The notes under the pieces were generated by a model, which was given only the letters and a program-made list of their open reading frames with translations, was not told the DNA's origin and ran no database searches. 64,000 nt of DNA from Alphaproteobacteria bacterium (GTDB taxonomy: Bacteria; Pseudomonadota; Alphaproteobacteria; CACIAM-22H2): assembly GCA_041690495.1 (NCBI GenBank), contig JAWLHE010000004.1, positions 341,730-405,729 on the forward strand. Direction: 5' to 3'. The position numbers were made by a program, and so were the translations under genes. Shown piece by piece: positions 27,646 through 39,364 of this stretch (the stretch's first letter is position 1; each line of letters begins with the position of its first letter).

Positions 27646-29922
27646 ATGGGAGGCATGATGGGGAACGGACCGGAGGGCGCCGCGGACGATCCACGCAAGG
27701 CCGAACTGGCGCCTGCCTCCGCCGGCGCCGATATGCTCGCGCTGCTCACCAGTGTGCTTGAGCACGCCGACCAGGGCATTGCGGTCTATGACGCGGCATA
27801 TGTGCTGCGTTGCTGCAATGCGCGCTATGCAGCCCTGCTCGGCCTGCCGGCGGCCTCGCTACGGCCGGGCGAGACGAAGCTCCCGGACATCCTGCGGCGG
27901 CTTGCGGCTCGCGGCGACTATGGCGACGGGGACTGCGAGGCGCTGGCGGTCGTGCGCTTTGCGATGATGCGCTCGGGTGCCGAGCAACGCTACGAACGCC
28001 GCATGCCGGACGGGAAATGGGTGCAGTTCAATCGCAACTCCCTCCCGGGCGGCGGCCTGGTCGTAACGCTCACCGACGTTACGGCGATCAAGGAAGCGGA
28101 GCAAACGTCGATCGCCTCGCGCGACGAGGCTATGCGAACGCGCCTTCAGCTGACCGCGGCAATCGAATCAATATCGGAAGGATTCATCCTGTGGGATCGA
28201 CAGGACAGGCTGGTGATGTTCAACACCCGCTACCGCGACGAATATTCCTTTGCGCCCGACCTCCTCACGCCGGGCATCTCCTTCGAGGCGATTCTGCGCG
28301 CCGGCATCGCGCGCGGCGCCGTACCGGTCGGCTATGATCCCGAGGAATGGGTCCGGGACCGCCTCCGTCAGCACCTCAATCCGCCCGCGCCCTATGTCGT
28401 CGAGCGGCGCGACGGGCGCTCGGTCCTGATCACCGAATATCGCACGCATGATGGCGGCATCGTCGGGATCCGGACCGACGTGACACTGATCAAGGACAGC
28501 GAACGCGCAGCGCGCGAGGCGCGCCAGCGGCTGATCGACGCGATTGAGGCAATTCCGCAGGGCTTCGCCATTTTCGACCCGGACGATCGCCTCGTCCTGT
28601 TCAACCGGCAGTACAAGGAGCGCTATTCGCTGGTGCCCGATATGGTGCGCCCCGGCGTGAAGTACGAAGAACTACCTCGCGAGATCGCGCGCCGCGGCCT
28701 TCTCAGTATCCCGCCCGACCAGCACGAGGCCTGGATCGCGGAGCGGGTGGCTCTCCACCGCGAGGGCAAGCGCAAGCTTCTGGATCAGAGGAAAGGGCGC
28801 TGGATCGCGATCGAGGAATCGCGGACCGCGAGCGGATATATCGTCGTCATTCATACCGACGTAACCGAGTTGAAACACCGCGAGGAGGAAGCGCGGCGCA
28901 GCCGGCGCATGCTGCGCGGGGTCATCGACGCCGTGCCGGCGATCATCAGCGTGAAGGACCGCGATTCGCGCTATGTGCTGATGAACCGGTTCCAGGGCGA
29001 GGTTTATGGCATCGAGCCGGGGGCGGCGATCGGCAAGACCAGTGCGGAAGTGGTCGGCTCCAATTACGGCGGCCAGTCCCAGGAACTGGACAAACGCGTG
29101 ATCAGCGCCGGCACGGCGCTGCCCTGGGCGGAGCGCGACTTCATCACCCCGCATGGCAGGACGTATACCTGGCTCACGACCAAGGTCCCGCTCAAGGACG
29201 ACAACGGGCGCGTCGAGAACGTGCTGACCGTAGCGCTCGATATCAGCGCGCTCAAGGCGACGGAGCGCGCCCGCGCCAATCTCGCCCGCTATGTGGCGCC
29301 GACCATGGTCGATCTTCTTGCCGGCGCCGACGAGCCGTTCGGCCCCGCCCGCAGCCAGAGCATCGGCATATTGTTTGCCGACATGGTCGGCTTCACCCAG
29401 TTCGCCGCCGAAGCCTCCGCCGATCTCGTCTTCGCGCTGCTGCGTGACTTTCAGCGCCGGCTCGCCAAGCTCGTCTTCGCCTGGGGCGGCACGCTCGACA
29501 AGTTCACCGGCGACGGCATCATGGCCACATTCGGAACCCCCGCATCGACCGGCCGCGATGCGGCCAATGCGTTGCAGTGCGCCCGCGCGATCGCCGTCGA
29601 GACTGCCGCACTCGACCGCGAGCGCCGCGCGCGCGGAGAACCGAGCCTGCGCGCGAGCGTCGGCGTGCACTGGGGGCCTGCATTGATGGGGAATATCGGC
29701 GACGAGAGCCGTCTGGAATTCGCCGTGGTCGGCGACACCGTGAACGTCGCCAGCCGGCTCGAAAGCCTGACGCGCGATCTCGCGGCCGACATCGTCGCCA
29801 GCGAAGCCGTCATAGAGCGTGCGGCAAGCGAAGGACTCGTTCTGACGGAGTTTGCTGCGCGCGGCGCGCAAACGCTGCGCGGGCGCGATGCGCCGGTCCC
29901 GGTCTGGACATTTACCGCGTGA
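27646..29922 (+). CDS. sensor adenylate/guanylate cyclase with four PAS-like repeats and C-terminal class III cyclase (CHD) domain
   Basis: 758 aa. Four repeated PAS-type blocks end in ...LxxFNxRYxxxY (ARYAALLG, FNTRYRDEYS, FNRQYKERYS, MNRFQGEVYG). The C-terminus IGILFADMVGFT...DKFTGDGIMATFG...VGDTVNVASRLE is canonical CHD. Confidence 0.85.
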   Translation: MGGMMGNGPEGAADDPRKAELAPASAGADMLALLTSVLEHADQGIAVYDAAYVLRCCNARYAALLGLPAASLRPGETKLPDILRRLAARGDYGDGDCEALAVVRFAMMRSGAEQRYERRMPDGKWVQFNRNSLPGGGLVVTLTDVTAIKEAEQTSIASRDEAMRTRLQLTAAIESISEGFILWDRQDRLVMFNTRYRDEYSFAPDLLTPGISFEAILRAGIARGAVPVGYDPEEWVRDRLRQHLNPPAPYVVERRDGRSVLITEYRTHDGGIVGIRTDVTLIKDSERAAREARQRLIDAIEAIPQGFAIFDPDDRLVLFNRQYKERYSLVPDMVRPGVKYEELPREIARRGLLSIPPDQHEAWIAERVALHREGKRKLLDQRKGRWIAIEESRTASGYIVVIHTDVTELKHREEEARRSRRMLRGVIDAVPAIISVKDRDSRYVLMNRFQGEVYGIEPGAAIGKTSAEVVGSNYGGQSQELDKRVISAGTALPWAERDFITPHGRTYTWLTTKVPLKDDNGRVENVLTVALDISALKATERARANLARYVAPTMVDLLAGADEPFGPARSQSIGILFADMVGFTQFAAEASADLVFALLRDFQRRLAKLVFAWGGTLDKFTGDGIMATFGTPASTGRDAANALQCARAIAVETAALDRERRARGEPSLRASVGVHWGPALMGNIGDESRLEFAVVGDTVNVASRLESLTRDLAADIVASEAVIERAASEGLVLTEFAARGAQTLRGRDAPVPVWTFTA

Positions 29923-30013
29923 CACGGTCAAGGAACGGTGAAGGCTGGTAAATCCCTCCGCGCCGTTGGGCGAGTGCATGGAACTGCACTTTCCGGACGG
30001 ACGTTGCCGCGGC

Positions 30014-30361
30014 ATGTGTGGAGGTCCGATCATATTCCTTCGCCTCGTCACGGCCGCGCTGCCCGCAGCGTTTGTCCTGGTAGCCGGTTCTGCATTCGGA
30101 CAGCCGAGCGAACCGGCAAGCGAGATTCCCGCGGCCACGCCGCGCGACGAACAGATCGACAAGATTCGCGAGCGTGAGCGAACCGGTATCGACCCGGATG
30201 TCGCGACCGGCACCATCGGCACGACCGGGCGCGGCAGCGCATCGGGCGCCGCCGACAGCGCCCCCGCCAAGGGCGGCCACGGCACCGGCGAGGACGCCAT
30301 GTCGGAGCCGTCGGGTCCTGCAAGCGCGGAGCGCCGGCCCGGCACGGCCACCGCCCAATAG
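30014..30361 (+). CDS. hypothetical small secreted Gly/Ala/Pro-rich protein
   Basis: ORF 29966..30361. A signal-peptide-like LVTAALPAAFVLVAGSAFGQ is followed by a low-complexity region. Weak call. Confidence 0.3.
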   Translation: MCGGPIIFLRLVTAALPAAFVLVAGSAFGQPSEPASEIPAATPRDEQIDKIRERERTGIDPDVATGTIGTTGRGSASGAADSAPAKGGHGTGEDAMSEPSGPASAERRPGTATAQ

Positions 30362-30471
30362 TCCGCCGCACCGCTCGCGGCGACACCTCCGCCCGTGGCG
30401 CATCATGCGCCCCGGAGCACGCAAGACGCTGCCCACTCGCCACTTGGCCGCGCCGCACCGTCCTAGGATAA

Positions 30472-32057
<1,586 letters not shown>

Positions 32058-32127
32058 TTTCCACAGCCGCAGCAGTGCGATAGAGTCGCTTTGTGGCGAC
32101 GTCCCCACCGACACGCGAGGGCCCCGC

Positions 32128-32856
32128 ATGGTGAGGTGGCGCAGATTGGCTTCAGTCCTCCTGATCGCCTTGGCCTTCGCGCGACCGGTCGGCGCGGAAA
32201 CCGTCGATTTACAGCTCGTCCTTGCGGCGGACGTCTCACGCAGCGTCGACGAGGGCGAATTCCAGCTGCAACGTCAAGGCTACGCCGCCGCCTTCCAGGA
32301 CCCGCGCGTGCTGCGCGCCATCCGCTCGGGCCAGACCGGAAAGATCGCCGTGTGCTACGTCGAATGGTCCGGAACGGAATCGATGGCGGTCATCGCCGAC
32401 TGGACCGTGATCGGCGATGACGAGACCGCCGGTGCCTTCGCCGAGGCAATCCTTGCGCCGCAGCGGCCGTTCGCGAACCGCACCGCGATCGGCGCCGCCG
32501 TGGGCTTTGCGATGGCGCAGTTCGAGCGCAGCGGCGTCGATAGCCTGCGCCGCACCATCGACGTTTCCGGCGACGGCACGAACACGAATGGACCTCAGCC
32601 GGTTCTCATGCGCGATATTGCGGTCGGCGAGGGCGTCACGATCAACGGTCTCGTGATCCTCAGTCCCGAACCGATGCCCTGGAACCCGCATCACACGCAT
32701 CCGCCCGAAGGACTGGAAAGCTATTACCGCGAGAATGTCGTCGGCGGCCCGGGAGCCTTCGTCATGGTGGTCGACGACTTCACCTCGTTCGCCTATGCGA
32801 TTTCCAACAAGCTGATCCGCGAAATCGCCGCACTCGGTCAGCCGGGCGACCGCTGA
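32128..32856 (+). CDS. DUF1194 domain-containing protein (vWA-like), secreted
   Basis: 242 aa with a signal peptide. LVLAADVSRSVDEGEF and IDVSGDGTNTNG are vWA/MIDAS-like blocks characteristic of DUF1194. Confidence 0.6.
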   Translation: MVRWRRLASVLLIALAFARPVGAETVDLQLVLAADVSRSVDEGEFQLQRQGYAAAFQDPRVLRAIRSGQTGKIAVCYVEWSGTESMAVIADWTVIGDDETAGAFAEAILAPQRPFANRTAIGAAVGFAMAQFERSGVDSLRRTIDVSGDGTNTNGPQPVLMRDIAVGEGVTINGLVILSPEPMPWNPHHTHPPEGLESYYRENVVGGPGAFVMVVDDFTSFAYAISNKLIREIAALGQPGDR

Positions 32857-32898
32857 CGGGCACCGGATCCAGGCGACGCGGATTCGACGGCAGGCGAC

Positions 32899-34404
32899 TC
32901 AGCTCTCCTCCTGGAAGGCCGCTTCGCGCGTCTTGCGCACGGACGGGCTCAGAACCAGAACCAGGGCGATCACAGCGATTACCAGCATCGCCGCGCTGAT
33001 CGGGCGCGTGACGAACACCGTAAAATCGCCGCGAGCGAGCACCAACGCGCGGCGCAGGTTCTCCTCCATCATCGGGCCGAGAATGAAGCCGAGCATCAAG
33101 GGGGCCGGTTCGCATTCGAGCTTGGAGAGCAGATAGCCGAGCACGCCGAATATGGCGATGAGATAGACATCGAAGCCGCTGTTGTTGACACTGAATACGC
33201 CGATCGCGCTGAACACCAGGATGATCGGGAACAGCAGATGATAGGGAAGGGTCAGCAGCCGCACCCACATCCCGATCAACGGCAGGTTGAGGACGACGAG
33301 GAAGAAGTTTCCGATCCACATCGAAACGATGACGCCCCAGAACAGCGCCGGCTGCTCCGTGATCACCGACGGCCCTGGCTTGATGCCCTGGATGATCATC
33401 GCGCCGATCATCAGCGCCATGACCGGGTTCGAGGGTATGCCGAGGGTGAGCATCGGAATGAACGAGGTCTGCGCGCCGGCATTGTTTGCCGATTCCGGCC
33501 CGGCCACGCCCTCTATGGCCCCCTTGCCGAACCGCTCCGGCGTCCGGGATACCTTCTTTTCCATCGAGTACGATGCGAAGGAGGACAGCATTGCACCGCC
33601 GCCCGGCAGGATCCCGAGCGCCGACCCCAGGATCGTACCGCGAAGGATGGGCGCCAACATACGCTTGAAATCCTCCATGGTCGGCAGCAGCCCGGTCACC
33701 TTGCGTACCAGCACCGCGCGCTCGTGTTCGTCCTCCAGATTACGGATGATCTCGCCGAGGCCGAACATGCCCATTGCGACGATGACGAAGCTGATGCCTT
33801 CGGCCAGCTCGGGGAAGCCGAGCGTGAAGCGATGCCTGCCGGTTTCGACGTCGGCGCCGACCAGGCCGAGCAGCAGCCCCAGTACGATCATGCCGATCGC
33901 CTTGAGCAGCGAGCCGTGCGCCAGTACGACCGAGGCGACGAGACCGACGACCATGAGCGAGAAATACTCGGCTGGTCCGAATTTCAGGGCCACCTCGGCG
34001 AGCGGGGGCGCGAACATCGCGAGCAGGAAGGTTGCGACCGTGCCGGCAAAGAACGAGCCGAGCGCCGCTGTCGCCAGCGCGGCACCGGCGCGGCCCTGCC
34101 GCGCCATCTGGTAGCCGTCGAGCGCCGTCACCACCGACGCGGATTCGCCGGGCAGGTTGATCAGGATGGCGGTGGTCGAGCCGCCGTACTGGGCGCCGTA
34201 ATAAATGCCGGCCAGCATGATGAGGGCCGAGATCGGCGGCAGCGCGAAGGTCGCCGGCAGCAGCATGGCGATCGTCGCCGTGGGGCCCAGCCCCGGCAGG
34301 ACGCCGATCAAGGTGCCGAGGAGAACGCCGCCGAAACAATAGAACAGGTTGATCGGCGTGATCGCCGTGTCGAAACCGAGCGCGAGGCTGGCGATAAGGT
34401 CCAT
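32899..34404 (-). CDS. tctA: tripartite tricarboxylate transporter permease TctA
   Basis: 501 aa polytopic permease. Operon order tctC-tctB-tctA. Confidence 0.85.
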   Translation of the reverse strand: MDLIASLALGFDTAITPINLFYCFGGVLLGTLIGVLPGLGPTATIAMLLPATFALPPISALIMLAGIYYGAQYGGSTTAILINLPGESASVVTALDGYQMARQGRAGAALATAALGSFFAGTVATFLLAMFAPPLAEVALKFGPAEYFSLMVVGLVASVVLAHGSLLKAIGMIVLGLLLGLVGADVETGRHRFTLGFPELAEGISFVIVAMGMFGLGEIIRNLEDEHERAVLVRKVTGLLPTMEDFKRMLAPILRGTILGSALGILPGGGAMLSSFASYSMEKKVSRTPERFGKGAIEGVAGPESANNAGAQTSFIPMLTLGIPSNPVMALMIGAMIIQGIKPGPSVITEQPALFWGVIVSMWIGNFFLVVLNLPLIGMWVRLLTLPYHLLFPIILVFSAIGVFSVNNSGFDVYLIAIFGVLGYLLSKLECEPAPLMLGFILGPMMEENLRRALVLARGDFTVFVTRPISAAMLVIAVIALVLVLSPSVRKTREAAFQEES

Positions 34405-34416
34405 CGGATCAGCTCC

Positions 34417-34878
34417 TCAGCCGCCCAGGATCGGCCCGATCACCGGGATCGGCAGGCCGAGGCCGTAGACGAAAACGGCTACGCAAAATACGGCCATTGC
34501 GACGGCCAGCAGGGCCGCTCGCCGCCAGGCAAAGTGGACGCTGGCGTAGGAGCTGATCATGACCAGAAGGATGATGCTGCCGACCATGCCGACGTCGCGA
34601 ATCAGCAGGCCGAACAGAACCGCGGCGAGGAAGACCAGCGCCATGGGCTTGAGCGCGAATCCGCTGAGCCGGCTTCCATGGCCGAAGAACGAACGGATCG
34701 CGGCCGCGAGGCCGATCAGCATGAGCACGCAACTGAGGATGGTCGGGAAATAGGCGGGCCCCATCCGCCGCGCCGACCCCATCGGATAGTCCTGAGCGAA
34801 CAGGAAAAACGCCAGCCCGAAGCCGATGAAGGCGATTCCGGTCCAGAAGTCCTTTGGATTGCGGATGATGGCTGGCAT
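34417..34878 (-). CDS. tctB: tripartite tricarboxylate transporter TctB
   Basis: Internal ATG MPAIIRNPKDFW. About 150 aa, 4-TM small subunit. Confidence 0.75.
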   Translation of the reverse strand: MPAIIRNPKDFWTGIAFIGFGLAFFLFAQDYPMGSARRMGPAYFPTILSCVLMLIGLAAAIRSFFGHGSRLSGFALKPMALVFLAAVLFGLLIRDVGMVGSIILLVMISSYASVHFAWRRAALLAVAMAVFCVAVFVYGLGLPIPVIGPILGG

Positions 34879-35077
34879 GCTCTCCCCCTGCCGGCTAATT
34901 GTCACCAGGCGTCCCGGCTCGCGAGGCGTGATCATGCCTCATCCGGTACGCCGCGAGAACCATCGGAGCCGCGCCGAAGTCCACCGTTCCGGTCGCGGAC
35001 TTCGCGTCTCGACGAAGCTCCGATGCGTGCCTGCCTCGCATCAATAAGCAGGCGCGAAAATGCGCATGCGGAACCGG

Positions 35078-36079
35078 TCAATCCGCGTAGATCCCGGCCT
35101 TCTTGATGATCGGCGCCCACTTCGCGATTTCAGCCTCGAGATGAGCCTGGAGCGCAGCGGGCGTCGCCCGGTCCTTCTTTACCGGCTCCGTACCAAGTTC
35201 GGAGAAGCGCTGTTTCACGTTCCCGTCCTCGAGCGCCGACCGCAGTGCCTCGGCCAGCTTTTCGACGACCGGCCTCGGCGTGCCCTTGGGCGCGTAGAGT
35301 CCGTGCCACACACCCACCCGGAGGCCGGGCAGGCCCGCCTCCGCGCTGGTCGGCACATCCGGCAGCGACGGTACGCGCGTCGACGTGGTCACCGCGTAAA
35401 CCTTGATTTTGCCCGCCTTTATCTGGCTGGCCGTGTTCGTCGTCTGGTCGCACATCAGGTCGACCTGACCGCCGAGCAGATCGTTCATGGCGGGACCGGT
35501 TCCGCGATAGGCAACGGTCGTGAGCTCGGTGCCGATGGCGCTCATGAACAGCATGCCGCACAGATGCGACGCCGCACCGATGCCGGCATTGGCGTAGGAA
35601 ACCTTATCCCTGTTCTTCTTGACGTACTCGACCAGCGAAGCCAGGTCGTCCGGCGGGAAGTCGGCCTTCGCCACCAGCGTCATCGGCACATCGGTGACGA
35701 GGCCGATCGGCGCAAAATCATTCACCGCATCGTAGGGTAACTCGCGGTAAAGCGTGGGAGCCGTGGACTGCCCGATGTGGTGCAGGAACACCGTATAGCC
35801 ATCGGGCGCCGCTTTCGCCGCACGCGCAGCGCCCAACGTACCGCCCGCACCGCCGACATTCTCTATGACGATCGTCCGGCCGAGCGTCTTGCTCATCGAC
35901 TGACCGATCAGCCGCGCGACCGTATCTGTCGGGCCACCCGCAGCGAACGGTACGATCATCGTGATCGACTTCGTCGGATAGCTCTGCGCCGCTGCCGGCA
36001 CGGTCGCCGCGGCGGTGAGTGCAACGATGCCGGAAAGAAGTGCGGCCGCCGAACGCAGAGCCGAACGATGCTTCCGCAT
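35078..36079 (-). CDS. tctC: tripartite tricarboxylate transporter substrate-binding protein TctC (Bug family)
   Basis: Internal ATG MRKHRSALRSAAALLSG (signal peptide). Bug-family SBP sequence. Confidence 0.85.
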   Translation of the reverse strand: MRKHRSALRSAAALLSGIVALTAAATVPAAAQSYPTKSITMIVPFAAGGPTDTVARLIGQSMSKTLGRTIVIENVGGAGGTLGAARAAKAAPDGYTVFLHHIGQSTAPTLYRELPYDAVNDFAPIGLVTDVPMTLVAKADFPPDDLASLVEYVKKNRDKVSYANAGIGAASHLCGMLFMSAIGTELTTVAYRGTGPAMNDLLGGQVDLMCDQTTNTASQIKAGKIKVYAVTTSTRVPSLPDVPTSAEAGLPGLRVGVWHGLYAPKGTPRPVVEKLAEALRSALEDGNVKQRFSELGTEPVKKDRATPAALQAHLEAEIAKWAPIIKKAGIYAD

Positions 36080-36517
36080 ATAAGAACGAACTTCCCTTCC
36101 AATCGGTGGGAACGGGAGCGTGCCTGTCCTTCGGCCGGGACAAGGACGAACCCCTTCCATGGCGCTTGCTGGCGGTGCTCATACCCCCCGTCCTAGTCGG
36201 AATCAAGATCAATCAGGAGATTCTCCCGTACGTAAGACCGCTCCTCGGAAGTCATACGACACACGAATGTCCGCTCTGCTCTCAGCAGTGCGAACCGCTC
36301 ATCGACTGCTCGATCCGATTGCCTGATATCGAATCATATTCGACGTCCTGCCAGGCAGGGCGTTCGAGGACGCATCCCGGTTCAGCGGCCGCACTTGTTC
36401 CGCCAACTCGCCTCGGTTGAGTCGCGACACTGGCGAGGCGGCCGCGGCTTGCGCGCCATCGCCGAGGATGATCGCATCAATTTTTCCGGTGAGACTCTGC
36501 GGCGTCTCTCGGCGCGG

Positions 36518-36751
36518 TCAGGCCGGATCGGCGCGGTGCGCGAGACGGAAGCGGACCTCTTGATCGATATGGTGCGCCCATGAATCCGCCTGTCCCTCAC
36601 TCAACCCGTGCTCCATGGCAAGATTGCGCAGAATGCGCTTGGTGTCGCCAAGCCAGGCTTCGCGCTCGGCCTCCGGCACGGAACGAACCTTGGCGATGAT
36701 GTTGCCAAGAAGCCGCTCGAAGGTCTCGCGGGCTTGTTCGTCGGCTGTCAT
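36518..36751 (-). CDS. hypothetical small protein (77 aa)
   Basis: C-terminal part of ORF 36518..37018 from MTADEQARETFERLLGNII. A GGAGGA RBS lies 6 nt upstream. Balanced composition. Confidence 0.45.
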   Translation of the reverse strand: MTADEQARETFERLLGNIIAKVRSVPEAEREAWLGDTKRILRNLAMEHGLSEGQADSWAHHIDQEVRFRLAHRADPA

Positions 36752-36983
36752 CGCTCCTCCCTGCCTGGCGCGGCCATGTTTCGCTACTGGCAGAACGCAT
36801 CGCGGCGCGCTTCGTTGGCGTCGCCGCCGGGCGCCCGAATCCGGGAACGGCCGTCGACGCTTGGCGTTGCGAAGAAGTGCAATGGGCCTTGTCGCTGCTC
36901 TTGCGGCACACGGAGCGACATGGAACCGCAGCCCAGCCGCGCCACCCATGCGCCTGGGCTTTTTCGTTGAAGGAGATGATGCA

Positions 36984-37541
36984 ATGAACCACCTCGTTAT
37001 TTCTACCGCGCTGGCCATCGCCTTGGCAGTGCCGGCAGCCTACGCCCAGACAACCCAGGCGCCGCCCCAGCAGACTCCGACCATGAACCAGAGCCCGAGT
37101 GGAGCCGCAGGCGTGGGTGCCGTGCAGCAACAGCCCGGCGATTTCATGGTCGACGACATCATCGGCACCAGCGTGCGCAACCAGCAGAACGAGGATATCG
37201 GCTCGGTGACCGATCTTCTCATCGACCGCAACGGGCAGGTGAAGGCCGCCGTGCTGTCGGTCGGCGGCTTCCTTGGCATTGGCGACAAGGATGTCGCGGT
37301 GCCATGGAATCAGGTGCAGGTGCGCGCCGATCCCAGCACGTACAGCGGCACGACGACCACCGGCAGCGCCGCCGCCGAGCGCGAACCGATACTCTCGGTT
37401 AACATAACGAAGGACCAGCTGGAGCAGGCGCCCGCTTTCCAGACCATCGGCCAACAGTCGCGCGGAAGCCGCGGCACCGGTCCAAGCGGTTCCGGCTCCT
37501 CCACCATGCCCCCGGCCGGCACGACCTCACCGGCCCGCTGA
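36984..37541 (+). CDS. PRC-barrel domain-containing protein (secreted)
   Basis: Internal ATG MNHLVISTALAIALAVPAAYAQ with an AAGGAG RBS. DDIIGTSVRNQQNEDIGSVTDLLIDRNGQVKAAVLSVGGFLGIGDKDVAVPW is a PRC-barrel signature. Confidence 0.75.
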   Translation: MNHLVISTALAIALAVPAAYAQTTQAPPQQTPTMNQSPSGAAGVGAVQQQPGDFMVDDIIGTSVRNQQNEDIGSVTDLLIDRNGQVKAAVLSVGGFLGIGDKDVAVPWNQVQVRADPSTYSGTTTTGSAAAEREPILSVNITKDQLEQAPAFQTIGQQSRGSRGTGPSGSGSSTMPPAGTTSPAR

Positions 37542-37649
37542 CCGTGATGGCGCGCGAAGGGCCGCGCCGCGGCCCTTCGCCGCTTTTCCATTGGACATGA
37601 CCGCAAGCCGATGCCTGCCGGCCCCGCGGCGGATGCTACACTGGCAGGC

Positions 37650-39026
37650 ATGCAGAGCCCCGATGTCACGCGCCTTCTGAAGCCGGTCGCACGGCGGACA
37701 CTCGACCGCAATGTCACGATCGCGGTCACCGGGCTCGCGCGCGCCGGCAAGACCGTATTCACCACGGCACTCGTGCATAATCTCATGCTTGCGCCGGGGC
37801 GCGGCGCCGAATTGCTGCCGTTCCTCGCCCCGGCGCGCGACGGCCGCATCATCGCCGCGCGTCGCGAGGAGCACGGCCCGCGCCCGTTTCCCTTCGAGGC
37901 CGCGCTGGGACGTCTCCTCGCCAGTCCGCCGAGCTGGCCACCGAGCACCAAAGGCGTCAGCGCCCTCACCCTGGAGATCGCGTATCGCGTCGCCAATCCA
38001 GTGCTGAAGCGCGCCGTCCGCCAGAGCCGCCTGACACTCAATATCGTCGACTATCCCGGCGAATGGCTGCTCGACCTGCCGCTGCTGCAGCGATCCTATG
38101 CCGCGTGGTCCGACGAGACGCTGGCGCTATGCCGGGCCGAGCCGCGTGCGGCATTCGCTGGCGAGTTCCTTGCGGCAATCGGCGCGATCGATCCGGCCGG
38201 CGCGGCGACGAACGATACCCTCGCGCAGCTCGCGCGGCTCTATCGCGATTTCCTGAAGCGCTGCCGCGATAGCGAGGCCGGCATCGCCCTCTTGCAGCCC
38301 GGCCGATTTCTCGTACCCGGCGAACTCGGCGAAGACGATGTCTTGCTGCAGTTCTGCCCGCTTCCTGCCGGCGCCGCGCCGACCGGCTCGCTCCGGGCAG
38401 AAGCGGCAAGGCGCTACGAAGCGTATCGCCGCGACGTCGTCGAGCGCTTCTATCGCGAGCATTTCCGCCGCTTTACCCGCCAGATCGTGCTGGTGGACCT
38501 GCTCACGGCATTCGCGAAGGGTCCCCAGGCGGTGGCGGAGACGCAACTTGCTCTCAAGCGCGTCCTCGACAATTTCCATGCACGGCGCGGCCGCATCCTT
38601 CATCGCCTGTTCGGAGCGCGAACCGAACGCTTGCTCTTCGCCTGCTCGAAAGCCGATCACATCACCAGCGGCCAGTATGGCAATCTGCGCAACCTGCTGC
38701 GCGCGACCGTGGAGCCGCAGGCCGTGCAAATGCACGAGAGCGGCGCCCTCGTCGGCTACGAGGTCGTCGCCGCGGTCAAGTGCACGAACAATCTGCGCAA
38801 CGCGCATGGCACGCCGATCCTGCGCGGCCGGCCGCTCGGTGAAGCGAGCGAGAAGGATCTCGACCCCGGCGACATTCCTGAGAACATGCCTGACCCGGCG
38901 CACTGGCCGGACCTGCGCATCGGCGCCTTCGCGCCGCCGGCCATGCCCAACGCGCGCGAGCGTGGCTTGCCGAGCGTTTATCTCGACAAGGCCGCGTCGT
39001 TCCTGATCGAGGATCTGTTCCGATGA
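37650..39026 (+). CDS. ycjX: YcjX-like P-loop NTPase (DUF463)
   Basis: Walker A IAVTGLARAGKTVFTTALVHNL near the N-terminus. Length and the following ycjF partner match the E. coli ycjXF pair. Confidence 0.8.
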   Translation: MQSPDVTRLLKPVARRTLDRNVTIAVTGLARAGKTVFTTALVHNLMLAPGRGAELLPFLAPARDGRIIAARREEHGPRPFPFEAALGRLLASPPSWPPSTKGVSALTLEIAYRVANPVLKRAVRQSRLTLNIVDYPGEWLLDLPLLQRSYAAWSDETLALCRAEPRAAFAGEFLAAIGAIDPAGAATNDTLAQLARLYRDFLKRCRDSEAGIALLQPGRFLVPGELGEDDVLLQFCPLPAGAAPTGSLRAEAARRYEAYRRDVVERFYREHFRRFTRQIVLVDLLTAFAKGPQAVAETQLALKRVLDNFHARRGRILHRLFGARTERLLFACSKADHITSGQYGNLRNLLRATVEPQAVQMHESGALVGYEVVAAVKCTNNLRNAHGTPILRGRPLGEASEKDLDPGDIPENMPDPAHWPDLRIGAFAPPAMPNARERGLPSVYLDKAASFLIEDLFR

Positions 39027-39364
39027 GGCGCCAGAATGGGCCGGGCCGCCCGCCGCACGATATTATCGCTTGTCTCGGCGCACCATGACGAGTCCGGTGA
39101 GGCGACCGCGCCAGCGAGGCTGGCCGAACCAAGTAGTCGCGTGCGCCGTATTGTCACTTCGCCCTCCGGTGCGTTCCCGGGTTTTCCATCGCTTGTCCGG
39201 TCAATCTCCTGACCAATCTTCTAGACAGTTGGAAATATTGGCATTCTGGAAGGCCTTACGGAAGATCGAGCGTCCCCGGAAGCGGTCTGTTCACACCGGC
39301 AACGCTGATGCGCGCCACCCGCGGCCCTCGACGCCGCGGCATCAATGACCGAGAATCGGCACCG

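Noticed and set aside
28672-30351. 559-aa minus-strand ORF
   Set aside because: Antisense to the PAS-cyclase gene.
33238-35106. 622-aa plus-strand ORF extremely rich in Asp/Arg/His/Glu
   Set aside because: Antisense to tctA/tctB.
36597-37541. 285-aa minus ORF and the 5' two-thirds of ORF 36615..37541+
   Set aside because: Only the C-terminal part from MNHLVIST (36984) has an RBS, a signal peptide and a PRC-barrel signature. The remainder is Arg/Ala-rich.
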